Positions 48,160 through 55,472 of a DNA stretch of 64,000 nucleotides are shown one piece after another. The stretch covers positions 72,550 through 136,549 of the forward strand of contig DASRHI010000052.1 of the NCBI GenBank assembly GCA_035650615.1. The letters run 5' to 3'. Position numbers and translations under genes: made by a program. Under the pieces are notes generated by a model. It was not told the DNA's origin and did no database searches. It saw nothing but the letters and a program-made list of their open reading frames with translations. This stretch comes from Gaiellaceae bacterium (GTDB lineage: Bacteria > Actinomycetota > Thermoleophilia > Gaiellales > Gaiellaceae). Position 1 is the first letter of the stretch; each line of letters opens with the position of its first letter.

Positions 48160-48420
48160 ATGCAGGCGCTCCGAGATTCCGACTTGATCACGCCGCGCCA
48201 GCTCGAGGTGATCCGTCTGATCGCGGAGGGTCTGTCGAACGAAGAGGTCGGACACGAGCTCGGCATCTCCCCTCGCACCGCCAAGGCCCACTGCGACGTC
48301 CTGCGGCAGAAGCTCGGCGTCCAGCGGCGCCGCCAGATCCCGCTCGCGTACCGGCTCCTCACCGGCGACGACCCGCTCGCGAAGAGCCTCGAGCTCGCGA
48401 AGGCCGAGAACTGCGGCTGA
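48160..48420 (+). CDS. LuxR/GerE-type HTH-only regulator (86 aa)
   Basis: ITPRQLEVIRLIAEGLSNEEVGHELGISPRTAKAHCDVLRQKLGV. No receiver or autoinducer domain, and no obvious SD. Confidence 0.75.
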   Translation: MQALRDSDLITPRQLEVIRLIAEGLSNEEVGHELGISPRTAKAHCDVLRQKLGVQRRRQIPLAYRLLTGDDPLAKSLELAKAENCG

Positions 48421-48428
48421 CGGCGGGT

Positions 48429-48451
48429 GCCCCCGGCCGCCGGCCGGGGGC
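48429..48451 (+). terminator. GC-rich stem-loop after the 86-aa LuxR gene
   Basis: GCCCCCGGCC-GCC-GGCCGGGGGC, a perfect 10-bp stem, lies about 9 nt after the stop. There is no U-tract, so it is terminator-like only. Confidence 0.4.
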
Positions 48452-48505
48452 GCCCGGCGGGCGCGCGCCGTTGGACGCACCGCCACGACCGGCCACGGCT
48501 GCTCC

Positions 48506-48560
48506 GGCGACGAGGCAGGCGCGAGCGCGCGGCTCACCGGCAACCCGTCGGACCGTCGAC
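48506..48560 (+). repeat. degenerate upstream duplicate of the first 17 codons of the LAL gene (start codon ATG changed to ACG)
   Basis: The sequence ggcgaCgaggcaggc... (about 48506-48560) aligns with ggcgaTgaggcaggc... (about 48655-48709), about 45 of 55 nt identical by eye. It encodes TRQARARGSPATRRTVD versus MRQARPRGSPATRRIIE. Confidence 0.7.
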
Positions 48561-48658
48561 CCGACCCGACGTCCCGAGTTGCCCGGGCAGGCCACACGGC
48601 CCCGGCGGCCGCCCCGCGGTAGCCGTACGGCCGCCGGCCGGTTACGGTTGCCCAGGCG

Positions 48659-51217
48659 ATGAGGCAGGCACGACCACGCGGCTCACCTGCGACCCGGCGG
48701 ATCATCGAGCGCCCGCGACTGCTCAAGCTGCTCGACGAGGCGACCGCCCGGACGATCCTCCTCGTTGCCCCGGCGGGGTACGGGAAGACCACGCTCGCGC
48801 GGCAGTGGGTCGATGTCCGACCGGGTGCGCTAATAACCGTTGGGCTCGCAGCAGGGGACGTGGCTGTCCTTGGCCGCGCGATCGCGCTAGCGCTGGCAGG
48901 GGTCATACCGAGACTGCCGCGACTTGTTGAAGAAGCCATCCGCGCGGCGCCGACACCACATCGGCAGGTGAAGAGCCTTGTCGGTGCGATCTTAGGAGAA
49001 CTGGACGAGCCGTTGGACTTCTGGCTCGTCATCGACGACTACCACACCCTTGAGCCTGGATCGCCGTCCGACACTCTGGTCGAGACATTAGAGACAAGTG
49101 GCTACTTCCGGCTTATCGTGGCATCTCGGACGAAGCCCATCTGGGCGACGTCGCGACGGTTCCTCTACGGTGAGATCTTGGAGCTCGGTCAGAGCGAGTT
49201 GAGACTCACCGACGCCGAGTCTCATGACCTGCTCTCTGACCATTCCGATAGCCAGTCCCTGCTCCGGTTAGCACAGGGTTGGCCTGCTCTCGTTGCACTG
49301 GCGGCTACTGCTGATCCCGGAGGAGCCTTACCCGCACATGGGAACTCCCAGAGGCTGTACGCGTTCCTTGTTGAAGAGGTTTTTCAGCAAGCATCGCTCC
49401 AGGCCCAAGAGGCGTTGTTGCGCGCCACCTTGCTGCCGCCGCTATCCGGAGACTCACTCCGTGAGGTTCTTGGAGCGAGCGCAGTTCGCCATCTCTTAGC
49501 CTCCGGGCTCGCGCACGATTCTGCCGGAATAGTTGAGATTCATCCGCTCATTCGGGATGCGCTCCATGCGCGAATCCTGCGTAGACCAGACCTCCGTGAG
49601 TCAGTAGCAGACAGCATTAGATTCGCGGTCGAGAATGAGTACTGGGACGAGGCATTTGAGCTCATCAATCGCTTTGAGGAATACACAGCTCTTGACGAGC
49701 TACTCACCCGTTCCTTCCTACCCTTAGTTGAGTCAGGACGCGCTGCAACACTGGAGCAGTTCGCCATGTACGCCGCCAGCAAAGGCGTTGCGCAACAGCC
49801 CCTCCTTGATCTCATTGACGCAGAGATAGCTCTTCGAGACGGACTGCTGCAGCGAGCCTTTTCGCTAGGACAGCATGCAGGAGAGCAGCTTGACTACCAA
49901 CACCCGCTCCGAGCTCGGGCATTCATAATCGCTGGCGCTGCCGCACACCTCGATTGGCGGCTAAAAGACGCACTTTCTATGTTCGCTGAAGCCAAGAAAG
50001 CGTCCAGGCGTTCAAGGGACGCGAACGACGCTAGCTGGGGTCGATGCTTAAGCGCCGTGTTTCTCGAAGATGAGGCCCTGCGGGACGCCGTAGCTGAGTA
50101 TGAGTCAATCCCAGACGCTTCGGCTGAAGACCGTCTCCGTCTGATTACTGTTCGGCAGCACCTGGCACGCTTGTCAGATGGTCTATATGACTTGCGGAGA
50201 GACGAAGCCGTAGCCAGATCGCTGCTGCCAGCTGTATCTGATCCTTTGGTCCGGACAGGCTGGGGTAATTCGCACGGCTACATGCTCATCCTCCAGGCTC
50301 GCTATGCACAAGCCAAGGCGATCCTGGCGATGGTGCTCGGCGACCTCGATAGGTATGCGCTAGCTTTCGGGCGTCCGCACATCGAGTGGTCGATCGCCGC
50401 AGCGGAACTGGGCCTTCGACAGTTCGCGCGGTCGGACGCCTCACTCCGCCGAGTCGAGCAGATCGTCGGAGAAAGTGCGAGCCCATACCTCGAAGTGAAT
50501 ACGCGAGCGCTGCGAGCACGTCTCTTGCTCTGTCAGCGTCGGGCTGCAGAAGCAATCACAGTTACATCTGAGGAGTTCGACGGCCTTCCCGAGAATGCAA
50601 TCTTCGGCGAGTACCTGGGCACGCATGCGCTTGCGCTTGCTGTCGCCGGACATGGAGAGGAGGCCGTCGAGAAGGCCGCGCGTGCAGCGGCTGTCACGAA
50701 CGCTGTAGAAGTCCGCGTGCTCGCCGCAGCTGCACGAGCCATCGCGCTAACGCAGACCGGGGACGGGCGTTCGGCAGCGTCTGCACTCGTACAGCTCGCT
50801 TCGAGAGTACAGGTGTGGGATCCTGTTGTTTGCGCCGTCCGCGCGTTTCCACCTCTCCTTAGCGACCTAGCCGTCGTCAACGCGTATCGCGTTAACCTTG
50901 CGAAGGCTCTGGTTCGTTCGAACGACCGAAGTCTCGCACGTAGTGCTGGGCTTAGCGAGGTCCGCCGGTTCACCGGGCAGGGCGACCTCAGCCGACGTGA
51001 GGCCGAAGTCATCGATCTATTGGGACAAGGACTTAAGACACGCGATATCGCGACCGCCTTATACATCTCGGAAGCCACCGTAAAGGTGCATGTTCAGCAC
51101 ATCCTCGAGAAGCTCGATGCGCGCACGCGCGCTGAGGCGGTCGCTCGTTACAGAGACACGACGGCTCGAGCGGACACTTCGGAAACCCGGTCGGACGCTT
51201 CATCCTCCGCGCGCTGA
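48659..51217 (+). CDS. LAL/MalT-type STAND ATPase transcriptional regulator with C-terminal LuxR HTH
   Basis: Walker A LLVAPAGYGKTTLARQW, Walker B FWLVIDDYHTLEP, a long helical (TPR-like) middle region, and C-terminal LSRREAEVIDLLGQGLKTRDIATALYISEATVKVHVQHILEKL; 852 aa. Confidence 0.88.
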   Translation: MRQARPRGSPATRRIIERPRLLKLLDEATARTILLVAPAGYGKTTLARQWVDVRPGALITVGLAAGDVAVLGRAIALALAGVIPRLPRLVEEAIRAAPTPHRQVKSLVGAILGELDEPLDFWLVIDDYHTLEPGSPSDTLVETLETSGYFRLIVASRTKPIWATSRRFLYGEILELGQSELRLTDAESHDLLSDHSDSQSLLRLAQGWPALVALAATADPGGALPAHGNSQRLYAFLVEEVFQQASLQAQEALLRATLLPPLSGDSLREVLGASAVRHLLASGLAHDSAGIVEIHPLIRDALHARILRRPDLRESVADSIRFAVENEYWDEAFELINRFEEYTALDELLTRSFLPLVESGRAATLEQFAMYAASKGVAQQPLLDLIDAEIALRDGLLQRAFSLGQHAGEQLDYQHPLRARAFIIAGAAAHLDWRLKDALSMFAEAKKASRRSRDANDASWGRCLSAVFLEDEALRDAVAEYESIPDASAEDRLRLITVRQHLARLSDGLYDLRRDEAVARSLLPAVSDPLVRTGWGNSHGYMLILQARYAQAKAILAMVLGDLDRYALAFGRPHIEWSIAAAELGLRQFARSDASLRRVEQIVGESASPYLEVNTRALRARLLLCQRRAAEAITVTSEEFDGLPENAIFGEYLGTHALALAVAGHGEEAVEKAARAAAVTNAVEVRVLAAAARAIALTQTGDGRSAASALVQLASRVQVWDPVVCAVRAFPPLLSDLAVVNAYRVNLAKALVRSNDRSLARSAGLSEVRRFTGQGDLSRREAEVIDLLGQGLKTRDIATALYISEATVKVHVQHILEKLDARTRAEAVARYRDTTARADTSETRSDASSSAR

Positions 51218-52587
51218 GGTGCAAAGTTGAAGTCGGCCCCTTGGGCCAGTCGGTATTCCTCGCTTGAACCTGCCAGAACCGCCTCGAACGCTGCTACCAC
51301 AGTGGTGTCGAACTGAGTTTCGACGGCCTGAGCTAGGCGCAAACGTGCAACGCGACTCGGCATTGCATCTCGATACGGACGATCAGATGTCATCGCGTTG
51401 TATGCATCTGCCACAGCGATGATCCGCGCGAGGAGTGGGATCTCTTCTCCTACCAACCCGTCGGGATACCCTCCTCCATCCACTCGCTCGTGATGATGAC
51501 GAACGATGGAAGCGATCTCGGAATAGGTCTCGACGTTCGCGAGGATGCGCTCACCGATGACCGAGTGCTGCTGCATCTCGCGGCGCTCTTCGAGCGTGAG
51601 AGCGCCGGGCTTTTCTAGAAGACCTGGAGGAAGCCCGATCTTCCCGATGTCGTGCACCAACCCGGAGACATGCGCCAACTGCTGCTGCTCCGCGGACAAT
51701 CCCATGCGTATCGCGATGTCTCGGGCGTAGACAGCGACGGCGCTCGAGTGACCAGCCGTGTACCGATCGCGGGCGTCAAGCGTTGCGACAAGGGCAGACG
51801 CGAAGGAGAGGTTTGCCCTCTCCAGCGCCGAGTTAGCGTCCACGAGGTCCCTCGTGAGCTTCCGCTGATCTTGGTAAAGGGCGAAGAGGCGCTGGGCGGC
51901 GAGGGCGGGCGCCAAGAAGAGGGGGAGCGTGAATGGCGAAAGCTGGTCGTACGCGAATGCAAGGAAAGCGACAACTGGTGCGTAGAGTGGCACCGCGGAG
52001 AGGGCGAGAGGCACGAGTTCATGGAGGGCCTCAAGCACTCGATCGCGGCGCCGCACCCACACAGCCATTCCTGCAAAGGCGGCATCCAAGGACTGAGACA
52101 CGAGCGCACCAGCGAGGGTTGCGACAACAACGCTCGCGAGCGTGCTGTCGATGCGCTCCGACACGCTCAGAGCGATCAAGCCTGTCACCGCCGCGGTGAT
52201 CGCCCGGCTCGCTGTATAGGAGGCCCAGCGGAGATAGGGATGACGAAACTCGGGCAGGAACGAGGCGACCCCTACAACCATCGCCGCGAGCGGCCCGAAC
52301 AGTACGGCTGCGAACAGCGTCGGGACGAGTGAGATCGACTCAGAGAGGTTCGGACTCAGCTCGACGCGGCTTCGCTCGGCGATCGCAGCCACGACCGCGA
52401 GGAGCGGGGTGACGTACGGGTTGCCGAGTGACCAACCAGTCTCGACCAGGACGATGGCAAGGCCACCGGCCACCACCCAGAGCGCGACGACATACAAGCG
52501 CGAACGGGCCTCGACGTCCGTCAGAAGGCCGTGCTTCTCCCGAAATCTCCTCAAAGCTTCCACCGAACGTCTAAAAGTCCTTGCCAA
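51148..52587 (-). CDS. membrane-bound HD-GYP domain phosphodiesterase
   Basis: The N-terminal 230 or so aa contain about 7 hydrophobic helices. These are followed by HD-GYP motifs: DARDRYTAGHS, VHDIGKIGLP, and HHHERVDGGGYPDGL. TTG start preceded by GGGGGA. Confidence 0.88.
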   Translation of the reverse strand: MARTFRRSVEALRRFREKHGLLTDVEARSRLYVVALWVVAGGLAIVLVETGWSLGNPYVTPLLAVVAAIAERSRVELSPNLSESISLVPTLFAAVLFGPLAAMVVGVASFLPEFRHPYLRWASYTASRAITAAVTGLIALSVSERIDSTLASVVVATLAGALVSQSLDAAFAGMAVWVRRRDRVLEALHELVPLALSAVPLYAPVVAFLAFAYDQLSPFTLPLFLAPALAAQRLFALYQDQRKLTRDLVDANSALERANLSFASALVATLDARDRYTAGHSSAVAVYARDIAIRMGLSAEQQQLAHVSGLVHDIGKIGLPPGLLEKPGALTLEERREMQQHSVIGERILANVETYSEIASIVRHHHERVDGGGYPDGLVGEEIPLLARIIAVADAYNAMTSDRPYRDAMPSRVARLRLAQAVETQFDTTVVAAFEAVLAGSSEEYRLAQGADFNFAPQRAEDEASDRVSEVSARAVVSL

Positions 52588-52607
52588 TCCCCCAAAAGGG
52601 GTATAAG
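52581..52607 (+). promoter_or_regulatory. sigma-70-like promoter candidate TTGCCA-N15-TATAAG
   Basis: TTGCCA (52581-52586) and TATAAG (52602-52607) lie upstream of the 20-codon ORF. The spacer is only 15 nt, which is suboptimal. The -35 hexamer overlaps the HD-GYP TTG start on the other strand. Confidence 0.3.
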
Positions 52608-52653
52608 GTACGAAGTGCCGTCAGTTCCGAACAAGGAAGAGGGAGGTCCGTCA

Positions 52654-52716
52654 ATGCGCCGGATCGTTCGCCTCGTGTCGCGCGGCGCTGTCGCCGGCGG
52701 CGCGGTCTACTGGTAG
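52654..52716 (+). CDS. candidate 20-aa micro-ORF (MRRIVRLVSRGAVAGGAVYW)
   Basis: Hand-translated. GGGAGG lies 7 nt upstream of the ATG, and a TAG stop follows. An ATCCCC-CATCC-GGGGAT hairpin plus TTGT lies about 36 nt downstream. It sits in the AT-richer spacer of the low-GC segment. Confidence 0.35.
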   Translation: MRRIVRLVSRGAVAGGAVYW

Positions 52717-52769
52717 AGCTCACGTAGATAAGACTTTTCACCGTCCCGTGGCATCCCCCATCCGGGGAT

Positions 52770-52790
52770 TTGTCCACAAGAGGTGGAAAA
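52770..52790. promoter_or_regulatory. imperfect palindrome TTGTCCAC-aagag-GTGGAAAA containing an exact TTGTCCACA (actinobacterial DnaA-box consensus)
   Basis: Read directly from the sequence. The 8-nt arms match 7/8 as an inverted repeat. It lies between the 108-aa LuxR gene and the HD-GYP gene. Confidence 0.35.
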
Positions 52791-52813
52791 CCTGCGTGAT
52801 TCTCTGTTGAGGC

Positions 52814-53140
52814 TTAGGTCAGGAGCCCGCGTCGGAAGCCGACGGCGACCGCGTGGGCTCTTGACCGCGCCTGAAGCTTCGCCAAGATGTGCCGAACATG
52901 GCTCTTGACCGTCTCCTCCGAGAGGAAGAGGCGGTCCCCGATCTCCCTGTTGACAAGACCCTCCGAGACGAGCTGAAGCACCTCGATCTCGCGGGCCGTC
53001 GGCGACTGCTCGAAGACGGGGGGCCGCGCCGGCATCTGGATCACTTCGGCGACCGTCGGCCTGCGGGCGGCGAGGCTTTCGAACCGCTCTGCGTGCTTCC
53101 GGTACCTGGTCAGGATCTCCTCGCGCTGGGCAGCATCCAT
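52814..53140 (-). CDS. LuxR/GerE-type HTH regulator (108 aa)
   Basis: PTAREIEVLQLVSEGLVNREIGDRLFLSEETVKSHVRHILAKLQARSRAHAV. The short N-terminal extension has no recognised domain. Confidence 0.75.
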   Translation of the reverse strand: MDAAQREEILTRYRKHAERFESLAARRPTVAEVIQMPARPPVFEQSPTAREIEVLQLVSEGLVNREIGDRLFLSEETVKSHVRHILAKLQARSRAHAVAVGFRRGLLT

Positions 53141-53200
53141 CGAGACGACTATCGGCAGGCCCCGGGAACCGCTTTAAGTACGCCGACTAACCCATTCGAG

Positions 53201-53728
53201 CTATAGGCGAACGAGGCGCCGGCGGCGGCTGCGGAGGTCGGCGGGCTCGGGCTCCTCGACCACTCCGAGCCCGTCGCGAGCGGTCGCGTGCAGGATCCGG
53301 TCCTGTCCGGCCCAGAAGGCCACGTGATCGGCCCGCTCCCCGCCGTAGGTGACGAGGTCGCCGGGGCGGAGGTCGGCCTCCGGAACGGGTGTCCCCGCCT
53401 CCTCGAGCTGCCACGAGTCCCGGGGGACGAGGCGGCCGCAGAGCCGGTAGGCGAGGTGGACGAGGCCGGAGCAGTCGAGCCCGGCAGCGGTGAGCCCGCC
53501 CCACTCGTAGGGCGAGCCGAGGAACGAGCGTGCGACCGAGAGGGCGTCGGAGCCGCAGAGCGCCTCCTCGCGGATCCAGCCCGGATAGCCGTAGGCGGTC
53601 GTGATGTGGACCCACCCGTCCCGCCGCTCCCCGACCTCGAGCGGCTCGCCCCGGAGCGCCTGCGTCACCTGCTCCGCATCGTCGCGGGGCTCCGCCCGCA
53701 CGGACGCGGCCTCGACGCCGCACCTCAC
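53201..53728 (-). CDS. NlpC/P60-family peptidoglycan endopeptidase with N-terminal SH3b-like domain
   Basis: Track ORF 53201..54016. [24 protein letters not shown]...GWVHI is SH3b-like. [19 protein letters not shown] holds the catalytic Cys, and ADHVAFWAG the His. The GTG start overlaps the upstream stop (GTGA). Confidence 0.8.
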   Translation of the reverse strand: MRCGVEAASVRAEPRDDAEQVTQALRGEPLEVGERRDGWVHITTAYGYPGWIREEALCGSDALSVARSFLGSPYEWGGLTAAGLDCSGLVHLAYRLCGRLVPRDSWQLEEAGTPVPEADLRPGDLVTYGGERADHVAFWAGQDRILHATARDGLGVVEEPEPADLRSRRRRLVRL

Positions 53729-54282
53729 GGGAGCGCGGCGAGCCGGCCCTCCAGGCGCGTCCGCACGGCCGGCCAGTCCTCGTCCGTGATCGCGTACCAG
53801 GCGGAGTCGCGCGGCCCGCTCGGGAGCATCATGTGCTTCCGGGCGATCCCCTCGAACCGCGCGCCCAGGGCGAGCAGCGAGCCCCGCGTCCGCAGGTTCC
53901 TGGCGTCGGTCTTGAACTCGACCCGCTGCAGCCCGCAGCGGTCGAAGGCGTGCTCGAGAAGCAGGAGCTTCGCCTCGACGTTCGCCCCCGTCCCCCACGC
54001 CGCCCGCCGCAGCCATGTCCAGCCGATCTCGACCCGGCGGTGCTCGGGGGCGTAATTCATGTACCGCGTCGAGCCCGCCGGGTGGCCGCCCACGCAGACC
54101 GCGAACGGGATGTCGGCCGAGGCGAGGGCTTCGTCGAAGTAGCGGTCGAAGTCGCCCGGCCAGACGAGGTAGCGGAAGATCTCGGGCCCGGCCTCGGCGG
54201 CGGCGCGCAGCCCTTCGCGATGCCGCTCCTCGAGCGGCTCGACCGAGACGATCCTGCCGGCGAGGGCCCCTTCGGGCCGCAC
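53725..54282 (-). CDS. GNAT N-acetyltransferase (RimJ/RimL-like)
   Basis: Tail of track ORF 53725..55476: [46 protein letters not shown], and [22 protein letters not shown] start 5 nt after the sigma-factor stop. Confidence 0.75.
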   Translation of the reverse strand: MRPEGALAGRIVSVEPLEERHREGLRAAAEAGPEIFRYLVWPGDFDRYFDEALASADIPFAVCVGGHPAGSTRYMNYAPEHRRVEIGWTWLRRAAWGTGANVEAKLLLLEHAFDRCGLQRVEFKTDARNLRTRGSLLALGARFEGIARKHMMLPSGPRDSAWYAITDEDWPAVRTRLEGRLAALP

Positions 54283-54287
54283 GGCCG

Positions 54288-55373
<1,086 letters not shown>

Positions 55374-55472
55374 ACCCCTTCCACGGTCGTACCGACCTTC
55401 CCCTTGCTTCGCACCGTAAGCGATTTGTCCTGCGGTTTCCAGCGTCTTCGCCGGAATTTCGACTCTTCTTCC

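Noticed and set aside
48471-48662. Track ORF of 63 aa (MDAPPRPATAAPATRQARARGSPATRR...) upstream of the LAL gene as a real gene.
   Set aside because: Its only informative part is the degenerate duplicate of the LAL N-terminus. The rest is Pro/Arg/Ala-rich, and the LAL-equivalent start position in the copy reads ACG instead of ATG. A remnant or duplication explains it better.
52571-52777. 68-aa ORF on the - strand spanning the HD-GYP upstream spacer.
   Set aside because: It overlaps the HD-GYP start region out of frame and has an Arg-run low-complexity centre (RPRRRRQRRATRGERS). It has no ribosome-binding site and is antisense to the better-supported 20-codon ORF.
52770-52778. The TTGTCCACA DnaA box as evidence for a replication origin.
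   Set aside because: There is a single exact box with one degenerate partner. There is no cluster of boxes, no AT-rich unwinding element and no dnaA/dnaN/rpmH/gyrB context. At most it is a regulatory site.
48076-53200. Classifying the low-GC segment as a mobile element, genomic island or prophage.
   Set aside because: I could find no integrase, transposase, recombinase, tRNA attachment site or flanking direct or inverted repeats. Only the compositional shift and the duplicated LAL 5' end hint at lateral origin, so it is reported as a finding and not as a mobile_element feature.
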